From: an uncultured Bacteroidaceae bacterium
Lineage (GTDB): Bacteria > Bacteroidota > Bacteroidia > Bacteroidales > Bacteroidaceae
Direction: 5' to 3'
DNA: 64,000 bases
Assembly: GCA_905234605.1 (NCBI GenBank)
Contig: CAJOIE010000011.1
Coordinates: 3,256 to 67,255 of the forward strand
Positions 31,669 through 40,578 of this stretch are shown one piece after another. Positions within the stretch are counted from its first letter, which is position 1; each line of letters opens with the position of its first letter. The notes under the pieces are model-generated. The model saw nothing but the letters and a program-made list of their open reading frames with translations. It did not search any database and was not told the origin of the DNA. The translations under genes were made by a program, and so were the position numbers.

Positions 31669-33672
31669 ATGGACACACAGCAAACCACCGTCGGTCTTCC
31701 CGACAACGCCTTCCGCGAGCTGCACGAGGGCGAGGAATACAAACCCGTGATGAGCCCCGAGCACACCTACCCCGAGGTCAACGCCTGGAGCGTGGGCTGG
31801 GGCATAGCCATGGCCGTGCTCTTCTCGGCCGCTGCCGCCTACCTCGGCCTCAAGGTGGGGCAGGTGTTCGAGGCTGCCATACCTATCGCCATCATCGCTG
31901 TCGGCGTCTCCACCGTGGCCAAGCGCAAGGGAGCCCTCGGCGAGAATGTCATCATACAGAGCATCGGAGCCTGCTCGGGTGCCGTGGTGGCAGGAGCCAT
32001 ATTCACATTGCCCGCCTTGTACATACTTCAGGCCAAGTACCCAGAGATGTCGGCCGACTTCATGAGCATCTTCCTCAGCTCGCTGTTAGGCGGCGTGCTG
32101 GGCATACTCTTCATGATACCCTTCCGCAAGTACTTCGTCAGCGACATGCATGGCCGCTACCCATTCCCCGAAGCCACGGCCACGACCCAGGTGCTGGTGA
32201 GCGGCGAGAAGGGCGGCAGCAGTGCCAGACCCCTGCTGCTGGCAGGCGTGGTGGGTGGCTTGTACGACTTTGTCGTGGCCTCATTGGGCTGGTGGAATGA
32301 GAACTTCACCTCACGCGTCTGCCTCTGGGGCGTGCAGCTTGCCGACAAGGCAAAGCTCGTGTTCAAGGTCAACACGGGGGCTGCCGTGCTGGGGCTGGGC
32401 TACATCATAGGACTCAAGTATGCAGCCATCATCACCGTGGGCTCGCTCGCCGTGTGGTGGCTCATCGTGCCGGGCATGGCCCTGCTGTTTCCCGACACGG
32501 TGCTCAACCAGTGGGACCCTTCCATCACGCAGCCTGTAGGAGCGATGACGGCAGAGCAGATTTTCCGTGCCTACGCCAAGAGCATCGGCATCGGCGGCAT
32601 AGCCATGGCCGGCATCATAGGCATCTGGAACAGTCGTGCCATCATAGCGCAGGCCGTGCGGCGCATAGGTGCCAAGCCTGCTGCAAGCGTCGAGACCGGA
32701 CAGCAGAAGGCAGTAGCGGCAGAGCGTCGCACCGAGCGCGACCTGCCCTTCAAGATAATAGGTATAGGCGCTGCGCTGACGCTTGTCGTCACCTTCGTGT
32801 TCTTCTGGCTCGGGGTGATGGATGGCAACCTTCTCTTTGCCACGGTGGGCATCGTGCTGGTGGCACTCATCGCCTTCCTTTTCACCACGGTGGCTGCCAA
32901 CGCCATAGCCATCGTGGGCTCCAACCCTGTGTCGGGCATGACGCTGATGACGCTCATCCTGGCCTCGGTGGTCATGGTGGCCGTGGGTCTGACTGGCACG
33001 GGCGGCATGGTGGCCGCGCTGATTATGGGCGGAGTGGTCTGCACCGCATTGAGCGTAGCCGGCTCCTTCATCACCGACCTCAAGATAGGCTACTGGCTTG
33101 GCACCACACCCCGGAAGCAGGAGACGTGGAAGTTCCTCGGCGTGTTGGTGTCGGCAGCCACGGTGGGCGGTGTGATGCTCTTGCTCAATGCCACCTACGA
33201 CTTTGCCTCGGGCGAGCTGGCAGCCCCGCAGGCCAATGCCATGGCCGCCGTCATTGAGCCGCTGATGAGCGGCGTCGGTGCTCCATGGCTGCTCTATGCC
33301 ATCGGTGCCGTGCTGGCCTTGGCACTGACGTGGTGCGGCGTGCCAGCCCTGCCCTTTGCGCTGGGCATGTTCATACCCCTTGAGCTCAACGTGCCGCTGC
33401 TTGTGGGCGGGGCCGTCAACTACTTTGTCAGCACCCGCTCGGCCGACACGGCCCTCAATGCAGCCCGCAGTGAGCGTGGCACGTTGCTTGCCAGCGGCTT
33501 CATTGCCGGCGGTGCGCTCATGGGTGTGGTGTCGGCTTTGCTGCGCTTTGCAGGCTTCAACCCTATCAACGAGGCCTGGCTGGCCAACCCGCTGTCGGAG
33601 CTGCTCTCGATAGGTGCCTATGCACTGCTCATCATCTACCTTGTGAAGGCATCCATGCGTGCCGCCAAATGA
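31669..33672 (+). CDS. OPT-family oligopeptide transporter
   Basis: 667 aa and polytopic. ...ELHEGEEYKPVMSPE...WSVGWGIAMAVLFSAAAAYLGLKVGQ... and ...ITDLKIGYWLGTTPRKQ... are characteristic of bacterial OPT transporters. Confidence 0.85.
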   Translation: MDTQQTTVGLPDNAFRELHEGEEYKPVMSPEHTYPEVNAWSVGWGIAMAVLFSAAAAYLGLKVGQVFEAAIPIAIIAVGVSTVAKRKGALGENVIIQSIGACSGAVVAGAIFTLPALYILQAKYPEMSADFMSIFLSSLLGGVLGILFMIPFRKYFVSDMHGRYPFPEATATTQVLVSGEKGGSSARPLLLAGVVGGLYDFVVASLGWWNENFTSRVCLWGVQLADKAKLVFKVNTGAAVLGLGYIIGLKYAAIITVGSLAVWWLIVPGMALLFPDTVLNQWDPSITQPVGAMTAEQIFRAYAKSIGIGGIAMAGIIGIWNSRAIIAQAVRRIGAKPAASVETGQQKAVAAERRTERDLPFKIIGIGAALTLVVTFVFFWLGVMDGNLLFATVGIVLVALIAFLFTTVAANAIAIVGSNPVSGMTLMTLILASVVMVAVGLTGTGGMVAALIMGGVVCTALSVAGSFITDLKIGYWLGTTPRKQETWKFLGVLVSAATVGGVMLLLNATYDFASGELAAPQANAMAAVIEPLMSGVGAPWLLYAIGAVLALALTWCGVPALPFALGMFIPLELNVPLLVGGAVNYFVSTRSADTALNAARSERGTLLASGFIAGGALMGVVSALLRFAGFNPINEAWLANPLSELLSIGAYALLIIYLVKASMRAAK

Positions 33673-33706
33673 CTAAGACACTGTAACCATATAAACAACC
33701 AACGTA

Positions 33707-34708
33707 ATGACTCTTATTGAGAAAATCGTAGCCCGTGCGCAGTCCAACAGGCAGCGCATAGTGCTTCCCGAGGCAACCGAGGAGCGCACACTCATCGCTG
33801 CCGACCGCGCCCTGGCCGACCGTCTGGCCGACATCATCCTCATAGGCAACCCTGCTGAGGTGCAAGCCCTGGCCGTGAAGCATGGACTGAAGCATATTGG
33901 CGAGGCCACACTCATTGATCCCGACAACAACCCTCGCGCCGAGGAGTATGCCACCCTGCTCTGCGAACTGCGCAAGAGCAAGGGCATGACCATGGAGCAG
34001 GCACGCCAGCTGGTGCGCAACCCCCTCTATTTAGGGTGCATGATTATCAAGACCGAGGGTGCCGACGGTCAGATCAGCGGTGCCCTCTCCACGACCGGCG
34101 AGACGTTGCGTCCGGCTCTTCAGATTATCAAGTGTGCGCCGGGCATCAGCTGTGTGAGTGGTGCCATGCTGCTCATCACCGACCGCAAGGAGTATGGTGA
34201 GGACGGCGTGCTCGTGGTGGGCGACGTGGCCGTGACGCCCATGCCCGATGCCGACCAGCTGGCACAGATTGCCGTGTGCACTGCCGAGACAGCGCGCAGC
34301 GTGGCAGGCTTCAGCGACCCGCGTGTGGCCATGCTCAGCTTCTCCACCAAGGGCTCGGCCAAGCATGAGGTGGTGGACAAGGTGGTCGAGGCCACGCGCC
34401 TCGTGCATGAGCGCCGTCCGGACATCAAGGTCGACGGTGAGCTGCAGGCCGATGCCGCCCTCGTGCCCTCCGTGGGAGAGAAGAAAGCCCCTGGCAGTGC
34501 CATTGCCGGACATGCCAACGTGCTCGTGTACCCCAACCTCGAGGTGGGCAACATCAGCTACAAGCTCGTGCAGCGTCTGGCCGGAGCCACGGCCATAGGC
34601 CCCATCCTCCAGGGCATCGCCCGTCCCGTCAACGACCTGAGCCGTGGCTGCTCCGTCGACGACATCTACTATCTCATTGCCATCACAGCCTGCCAGGCAA
34701 TGAAGTAG
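33707..34708 (+). CDS. pta: Phosphate acetyltransferase
   Basis: 333 aa with ...RIVLPEATEERTL..., ...GADGQISGALSTTGETLRPALQII... and ...NISYKLVQRLAGATAIGPILQG.... Confidence 0.9.
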   Translation: MTLIEKIVARAQSNRQRIVLPEATEERTLIAADRALADRLADIILIGNPAEVQALAVKHGLKHIGEATLIDPDNNPRAEEYATLLCELRKSKGMTMEQARQLVRNPLYLGCMIIKTEGADGQISGALSTTGETLRPALQIIKCAPGISCVSGAMLLITDRKEYGEDGVLVVGDVAVTPMPDADQLAQIAVCTAETARSVAGFSDPRVAMLSFSTKGSAKHEVVDKVVEATRLVHERRPDIKVDGELQADAALVPSVGEKKAPGSAIAGHANVLVYPNLEVGNISYKLVQRLAGATAIGPILQGIARPVNDLSRGCSVDDIYYLIAITACQAMK

Positions 34709-34754
34709 AGCCTTTCCTGTTCCTCACCCTTAACTCATTATTCATCATCCTGCA

Positions 34755-35948
34755 ATGAAAATCCTTGTCCTCAACTGCGGCTCATCGTCCATCAAGTATG
34801 CCCTCTACGATATGACCGACCATAGCGTGGTCACCAGCGGCGGCATCGAGAAGATCGGGCTGCCGGATTCGTTCATCAAGTATAAGGTGGGTGGCGAGAA
34901 GTTCCAGATGGAGTCGCCCGTGGCCGAGCACACTGCCGGCGTGCAGCTCATCTTCCGTGTGCTCACCGAGGGCAGCCATGCCGTGCTCACCGACCTGCAT
35001 GAGCTCTCGGCGGTGGGACACCGCATGGTGCACGGCGGCGAGCGTTTCTCCGAGAGCGTGGTGCTCACACCCGAGGTGATGGAGCAGTTCGCGGCCTGCA
35101 ACGACCTGGCTCCGCTCCACAACCCTGCCAATATCAAGGGCGTGAACGCCGTGCGCGCACTGCTGCCCGAGCTGCCTCAGGTGGGTGTCTTCGACACGGC
35201 CTTCCACCAGACCATGCCCGACTATGCCTACATGTATGCTCTCCCCTACGAGCTCTACGAGCAGTATGGCGTGCGCCGCTATGGCTTCCACGGCACGAGC
35301 CACCGCTACGTGTCGCAGCGTGTGCTTGCTTTCCTCGGCATGGAGAGGGAGGGCTCACGCGTCATCACCTGCCACATCGGCGGCGGAGCCTCCATAGCAG
35401 CCGTCAAGGACGGCCGTGTGGTGGACACATCGATGGGTCTGACACCTCTCGAGGGTCTGATGATGGGCACTCGCTCGGGCGACATCGATGCTGGAGCCGT
35501 CACCTTCCTGATGGACAAGCTCGGTCTCGACACCAAGGGCATCTCCACCCTGCTCAACAAGCAGAGCGGACTGCTGGGCGTGAGCCAGGGACGCAGCGAC
35601 TTCCGCGACATCCTGGCCGGCATTGCCGAGGGCAGCGACCGTGCCCGTCTGGCCAAGGAGATGTACACCTACCGCATCAAGAAGTACATCGGCAGCTACG
35701 CCGCTGCCATGGGTGGCGTGGATGCCATAGTGTTCACCGCCGGTGCGGGCGAGAACCAGTGGGAGGTGCGCGAGGGAGCCACCAAGGGGCTGGAGTTCAT
35801 CGGCGTTGAGGTGGACCCGCAGCTCAACCGCGCATGTCGTGCCACCGAGGCCGTCATATCGTCGGCTGCCTCGAAGGTCAAAGTGTGCGTCATTCCCACC
35901 GACGAGGAACTGATGATAGCCACCGACACCTACCGTCTCATATCCTGA
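34755..35948 (+). CDS. ackA: Acetate kinase
   Basis: MKILVLNCGSSSIKYALYD..., ...GHRMVHGGE..., ...RRYGFHGTSH... and ...GGVDAIVFTAGAGEN... are present. Confidence 0.95.
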   Translation: MKILVLNCGSSSIKYALYDMTDHSVVTSGGIEKIGLPDSFIKYKVGGEKFQMESPVAEHTAGVQLIFRVLTEGSHAVLTDLHELSAVGHRMVHGGERFSESVVLTPEVMEQFAACNDLAPLHNPANIKGVNAVRALLPELPQVGVFDTAFHQTMPDYAYMYALPYELYEQYGVRRYGFHGTSHRYVSQRVLAFLGMEREGSRVITCHIGGGASIAAVKDGRVVDTSMGLTPLEGLMMGTRSGDIDAGAVTFLMDKLGLDTKGISTLLNKQSGLLGVSQGRSDFRDILAGIAEGSDRARLAKEMYTYRIKKYIGSYAAAMGGVDAIVFTAGAGENQWEVREGATKGLEFIGVEVDPQLNRACRATEAVISSAASKVKVCVIPTDEELMIATDTYRLIS

Positions 35949-35969
35949 GCCCTGCGGCACAGCCGTCGC

Positions 35970-36059
35970 CACCCTGCATGGTGTTACGCCATCACCCTGC
36001 ATGGTGAAGCACATCACCCTGCACCCTCCGCTACATGGGGGTGCAGGGTGATGTGCTTC
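35970..36059. repeat. Locus D of the repeat family: three direct CACCCTGCA copies (22-23 bp apart) plus one inverted copy closing a perfect 21-bp hairpin
   Basis: CACCCTGCA occurs at 35970, 35993 and 36015, and GTGCAGGGTG at 36041. The hairpin is GAAGCACATCACCCTGCACCC (36006-36026), a 12-nt loop, then GGGTGCAGGGTGATGTGCTTC (36039-36059). It lies directly downstream of ackA and is a probable terminator. Confidence 0.85.
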
Positions 36060-36116
36060 ACTGCGCAGGGCCGGCCGCGGTGGCCTGTGTGTGGCTGCAC
36101 AGTTGGCTATTGAGGG

Positions 36117-36233
36117 TCAGACGTCAGCCCCTGTCTCGTGGAGGTATTCGGGTGCAAGGTCTGCAACCTTTGTCTTACCGTTGTTGAACGTCAGTAACAC
36201 CTTGTAGCCATTCAGGTATTTGGCATTTGTCAC
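36117..36233 (-). pseudogene. Truncated DUF2442-like ORF remnant (about 38 codons, not in the ORF track)
   Basis: Hand translation from GTG 36233 gives (M)TNAKYLNGYKVLLTFNNGKTKVADLAPEYLHETGADV*. The y-L-l-F-dG....vDL pattern is the N-terminal part of DUF2442, and the C-terminal half is missing. It lies immediately after the DUF4160-like ORF in a low-GC patch. Confidence 0.3.
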
Positions 36234-36251
36234 TTCGATAAACAGAGGCAG

Positions 36252-36419
36252 TTACTTCAGTGGCGCTATATTACATAGTGGCTCGCCATGCCGGGCTTTC
36301 TTCCAGTTGAGCATCAGTTCCTGCCGGTGCTCCTCAAGCCATTCCAATATCATGCGCAGTGCCCGGCCAGGCATTTCCCCTTTGACAATGCCGTCATAGA
36401 AGCTCCTTGTTTGTGGCAT
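36252..36419 (-). pseudogene. Short DUF4160-like ORF (55 aa) lacking the central His-Pro-Pro-His-Phe-His region
   Basis: MPQTRSFYDGIVKGEMPGRALRMILEWLEEHRQELMLNWKKARHGEPLCNIAPLK. The N-terminal MP.T..FY.GI and the C-terminal LP.RAL..V.EW...H..EL..NW..A..G.PL..I.PL match DUF4160, but about 30 central residues are absent. It corresponds to the C-terminal end of track ORF 36252..37274. Confidence 0.45.
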
Positions 36420-36508
36420 GGCAGAGTCTTTGTGCCTTTGATGTTGCAATGATAACAAGAAGCGTGCGTTTGGCAAAAAATGTTGCGGCACATTTGTTCG
36501 ATGAAACC

Positions 36509-37669
36509 CTACTCCCCGGCGAGTGTCTTCCTGTATATGTCCATGAGTTGCATGGCGAGGTGGCAGGGCTCGAAACGTGCGGCGTATGCGTGTCCGGCAG
36601 CTATCATGTGGCGTCGCATGTCGGGGTAGGCGAGCACCTGGGTCAGGCTGTTGGCCAGTGCCTGTGCATCGTCGGGGTCGACGTATAGCGACAGCCGCCC
36701 GCCGGCCTCCTCGAGGCATGAGCCGGTGCATGCTATGGCCGGCACGCCGCTGCTGATGGCCTCTAACAGGGGTATGCCGAACCCTTCGTAGCGCGACGGG
36801 TAGACAAAGACGGCGGCTTGCTGGTAGATGGCCGGCAGGTCGCTGTCGGCAACGCCGTGGAGCATGTGGAAACGGTTGCCGAGGCGGTGCTCGCGCACGT
36901 AGGCCTCCACCGTGTCGGCGTAGGGTGTGCGGCGGCCCACGGCCACCACCTCGATGTCCTTGTCCCTGAGCAGTGGCAGTGCACGGGCGAGCAGCAGCAG
37001 GTTCTTGCGCGGCTCTATGGTGCCCACGTAGAGTATGTATCGCTCCGGCAGGCGGTGACGCTGCCGCACGTCGGCCTTCAGTGCGTCGGTGGCAGGTTGC
37101 CGGTAGGCAGGGTTGCAGCCTTGATAGAGCACGTCGATGCGTGAGGGGTCGGTGCCGAAGTAGTGCACAATGTCGCGCTTGGTGCACTCGCTCACGGCTA
37201 TGATGCGGTCGGCCGTGTGGCAGGCGTGGCCGAACTTGTAGCTGTAGATGCGGCGGTCTATGGGCTTGTACCACTCAGGGTGACGCATGAATATCAGATC
37301 GTGGATGGTCACCACCGTGCGTGTGTGCCTGGCGCGAGCGATGTTGAGCGGCAGCTCGTTGCTCAGGCCGTGGTAGAGGGCCACGCCGTCGCGGCGCAGC
37401 TGTCCTGTGATGCCCAGTGTGCGCCATAGCGACGGCACCATGCGCCAGGGCCACGACTGCGGCGTGCGGAGTGTGTAGCTGAGGGCGGGCGGCAGGAGGC
37501 TGAGGCCTTGTGCGCGCTGTGGGCTGGGCGTGTAGAGCATGTAGCGCAACGGTGCGTCGATGCTGTGAAGCGATGACAGCACGAAGCGCGAGTAGGCACC
37601 CAGGCCTGTCATGTTCTGTGCCGCCCGTTTGGCGTCGAAGCCTATGGTGATGGTGTTGGGCTTAGGCAT
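36509..37669 (-). CDS. Glycosyltransferase family 4 (GT-B, group 1)
   Basis: 386 aa with ...ITIGFDAKRAAQNMTGLGAYSRF... and C-terminal ...LYVGTIEPRKN..., ...VFVYPSRYEGFGIPLLEA.... Confidence 0.85.
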   Translation of the reverse strand: MPKPNTITIGFDAKRAAQNMTGLGAYSRFVLSSLHSIDAPLRYMLYTPSPQRAQGLSLLPPALSYTLRTPQSWPWRMVPSLWRTLGITGQLRRDGVALYHGLSNELPLNIARARHTRTVVTIHDLIFMRHPEWYKPIDRRIYSYKFGHACHTADRIIAVSECTKRDIVHYFGTDPSRIDVLYQGCNPAYRQPATDALKADVRQRHRLPERYILYVGTIEPRKNLLLLARALPLLRDKDIEVVAVGRRTPYADTVEAYVREHRLGNRFHMLHGVADSDLPAIYQQAAVFVYPSRYEGFGIPLLEAISSGVPAIACTGSCLEEAGGRLSLYVDPDDAQALANSLTQVLAYPDMRRHMIAAGHAYAARFEPCHLAMQLMDIYRKTLAGE

Positions 37670-37684
37670 GTCTGTGTGGTGTGT

Positions 37685-38317
37685 CTATAGCGGGAAATGC
37701 CACTCCTGCCAGCCTGCGAAGGTGAATATGTGCAGGGCCACGCTGTCGGGGTGGTGGCGTGCGGCTATGGAGTCGGCAGATATGGAGGCGTAGATGTGCC
37801 GGCTGTACGACGCGGGGTCGTTGGCCTGGTCGTGGTAGAGCGAGATGTGGAGCGTCTGCTGCCCTGAGGGTGACGTGGCAACGGAGTCGCGCACATAGCC
37901 GTAGGCCTGACGGCCGCCTTGTGTGCGTGGCATGAGGTGCATGTTGATGTAGCCGGCGGCTTTCCACACGCTCACCACGCCTTGCGCATCGTGGAGCCGC
38001 TTCTCGCCGGCCGTGACGTCGCCCACCACAGGCACTTGCTGTGCTGCATAAATCTTGGCTACGCCCTCGCTCTCCACCGCATAGTCTATGAGCGTGCGCA
38101 TGATGGAGTTGGGCAGCATGCCTGTGATGGTGTTGCTCACGCGGTAGACGCTGCCGCCGTCGGTGCGGAAGGCCTGTATGTTGCCCGAGCTGTCGGCCGT
38201 GGCCATGGCCATCTCGGAGAGCAGCGAGGGGTAGGGGGGGCCGCTGTCGTCGTCGCTGCACGAGGCAAGCGTGAGGGCGGCTGCGCACAGGAGTGTGTGT
38301 AGGAGGTGGCGTGGCAT
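37685..38317 (-). CDS. NigD-like lipoprotein
   Basis: The lipobox is ALTLASCSDDD. The overall pattern (...FRTDGGSVYRVSN..., ...AAGYINMHLMPR..., ...LHISLYHDQANDPAS...) resembles Bacteroides NigD_N/NigD_C proteins as I remember them. Confidence 0.5.
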   Translation of the reverse strand: MPRHLLHTLLCAAALTLASCSDDDSGPPYPSLLSEMAMATADSSGNIQAFRTDGGSVYRVSNTITGMLPNSIMRTLIDYAVESEGVAKIYAAQQVPVVGDVTAGEKRLHDAQGVVSVWKAAGYINMHLMPRTQGGRQAYGYVRDSVATSPSGQQTLHISLYHDQANDPASYSRHIYASISADSIAARHHPDSVALHIFTFAGWQEWHFPL

Positions 38318-38353
38318 GGCGTGCAGGTGCTGATGTTGTTGGCGTGATGGGTG

Positions 38354-39544
38354 TCAGTGCCGCCTGGCCATGGCTGCGGCATGGTTGCGCACAGGGTTGG
38401 CATACATCGTCAGCAGGCAGTGGCGCAGGAAGGCTTCGTCGGGCTCTTCCAGGTCGATGAGCGACAGGCGTCCGGCCATGTACGTGTCGAAGGCCTGCAT
38501 GTCGGCCTCCGTGTAGCGGTCGCTGTAGGTGCTTTCGCCATCGAGGCAGTCGGCGGCAATATAGTTGATGGGGTAGAGGCGGTAGGCACTGTGTATCTGG
38601 CTGTCAATGCGCTGTGCCACAAGGGCGAAGAGCTCGCTGCGCGGGGTGGCGGGGTCGAGGGTGGCAAGCCATGCGTCGAGACACTCTGTGGCCTCGAAGT
38701 GGATTCTGCCTTTGCGGCCGAAGATGCCTGTGTGCATGTTCTGCAGGTCGTCGGCAGGACTCTTCTTCCACCCTGGGTTGTCGCGCTTCAGCTGGAACTC
38801 GCGGGCCTTGAGGTAGTCGCACGGGTCGAGCTCATAGCTCAGGGCCATGGGCGTGAGATGCAGCTGCCGCAGTCGCTCCACGGTGCTGCCCTCGCCGCCG
38901 AGGGCCATCATCTTGAGCAGTGCCTCCTGCGTGCGGTCGTCGGAGTCCTTGGCACGCCCTTCGCGCTGGGCTATCCAGATGTTGTCGTGCATCTGGCCGA
39001 CGGCGAAGTGCATGTATTCGCTCATCGTGCGGCTGGCTTGCAGGAGTTCGCGCATGGGCAGGGAACGCTGCACGATGAACGATTTGTTCACCCGCACAAG
39101 ATGGCGTATCCATGGATATATGAGGAGGTTGTCGCCGATGGCTATCTCCACGGTCGTGGGGAATCCGTCCTTCACTAAGAGGTAGCTCAGGAAGGCTGCG
39201 TCGAGCACTATGTCGCGGTGGTTGGTGATGAAGGTGTGGGGCTGCGTGCGGTCGAGGCCTGCGGGTATGCTCAGGTCTATGCCGTCGGAGCAGGTGTGTA
39301 TGATGTGCTCCACAAGCGGATAGAAGAAAGCTTTCTGCACCTCGAGGTTGTCGAAGCCGCCCTGCTCGGCCGTGGGATGCGTGTCGAGGAATGCACGGAT
39401 GCGCGTCGCGGCATGTGGCACGATGCGCTCTGCCATCTGCATGAACTGGCCGTCGGCGAGCAGTGAGGTGAGCACAGCAGGCAGCTCGTCGGCAGCGTAG
39501 GGCCGTATGTCGGCAAAGACTGAGGGTATGCGGTCGCTGGTCAT
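38354..39544 (-). CDS. PlsC-family (lysophospholipid/glycerol) acyltransferase with N-terminal extension
   Basis: 396 aa with an HX4D motif in FITNHRDIVLDAAFL, and ...REGRAKDSDD.... The start overlaps the ddl stop. Confidence 0.75.
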   Translation of the reverse strand: MTSDRIPSVFADIRPYAADELPAVLTSLLADGQFMQMAERIVPHAATRIRAFLDTHPTAEQGGFDNLEVQKAFFYPLVEHIIHTCSDGIDLSIPAGLDRTQPHTFITNHRDIVLDAAFLSYLLVKDGFPTTVEIAIGDNLLIYPWIRHLVRVNKSFIVQRSLPMRELLQASRTMSEYMHFAVGQMHDNIWIAQREGRAKDSDDRTQEALLKMMALGGEGSTVERLRQLHLTPMALSYELDPCDYLKAREFQLKRDNPGWKKSPADDLQNMHTGIFGRKGRIHFEATECLDAWLATLDPATPRSELFALVAQRIDSQIHSAYRLYPINYIAADCLDGESTYSDRYTEADMQAFDTYMAGRLSLIDLEEPDEAFLRHCLLTMYANPVRNHAAAMARRH

Positions 39545-40551
39545 AGGCGGTCGTCGATAATCTCGGTGAGTACGTCCTTAAGCTCGAGTCCTGCGGCGCG
39601 CACCTGCTGCGGGATGAAGCTGGTGGCTGTCATGCCAGGCGTGGTGTTGATCTCGAGCATGTTGATGCGGTCGTGGGTGGTGCCGTCGTCGTCGGTGGTG
39701 TGGGTCACGATATAGTCCACGCGGATTATGCCGTAGCAGCCCAGGATGTCGTAGATGGCACTGGTGAGTGCCTGCACGCGGTCGCGCAGGTCGTCGCTGA
39801 TGCGGGCGGGGGTGATTTCGTCCACCTGACCGTTGTACTTCGCGTCGTAGTCGAAGAACTCGTTGTGCGTCACCACTTCCGTCACAGGCAGCACAGCACC
39901 GCCCTGCGATGTGCGGTAGCAGCCGCAGGTGAGCTCGGTGCCGGGCATGAACGCCTCCACCATCACCTCGTCGCTCTCCTTCATGGCCAGCTCTATGGCC
40001 GGATGGAGCTCCTCGAGCGTCTTCACCTTGGTCACGCCGAAGCTCGAGCCGCCTGCATTGGGCTTGACAAAGCACGGCAGACCTATGTGGTCGAGTATCT
40101 CGCTGTCGGTGACAAGGTCCTCATTGCCGCGGCGTATGACGAGGCTCTCGGAGACACTCACTCCGAAGCCTTTAAGGTATTGGTTGAGGCAGAACTTGTT
40201 GAAGGTCAGGGCCTCCACAAGCACGCCGCTTGTGGAGTAGGGTATGCGCAGAAGGTCGAAGTAGCCCTGTAGCACGCCGTCCTCGCCCGGTGTGCCGTGG
40301 ATGGTGATGTAGGCGAAAGCAGGGTGCACACGCCGGCGCCCGATGCGGAAGGAGAAGTCCTCGCGGCTCACTGCCGTGCGGCTGCCGTCGGGCAGGTGGG
40401 CCTCCCACGTGGTGCCTGTGAGCTCCACGATGTAGGCCTCGAAGCGTGTGGTGTCTATGTTGCTGAGTATGCCCTGGGCACTGCGCAGGCTCACGTCGTG
40501 CTCCGAGCTGTCGCCGCCGCATACGATGGCAACTACTGGTAGTTTGTCCAT
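39541..40551 (-). CDS. ddl: D-alanine--D-alanine ligase
   Basis: 336 aa with ...VAIVCGGDSSEHDVSLRSA..., ...IHGTPGEDGVLQG..., ...PCFVKPNAGGSSFGV... and ...EINTTPGMT.... Confidence 0.95.
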   Translation of the reverse strand: MDKLPVVAIVCGGDSSEHDVSLRSAQGILSNIDTTRFEAYIVELTGTTWEAHLPDGSRTAVSREDFSFRIGRRRVHPAFAYITIHGTPGEDGVLQGYFDLLRIPYSTSGVLVEALTFNKFCLNQYLKGFGVSVSESLVIRRGNEDLVTDSEILDHIGLPCFVKPNAGGSSFGVTKVKTLEELHPAIELAMKESDEVMVEAFMPGTELTCGCYRTSQGGAVLPVTEVVTHNEFFDYDAKYNGQVDEITPARISDDLRDRVQALTSAIYDILGCYGIIRVDYIVTHTTDDDGTTHDRINMLEINTTPGMTATSFIPQQVRAAGLELKDVLTEIIDDRL

Positions 40552-40578
40552 ATTGCTGTATTGATGTTTGTGCGCACG

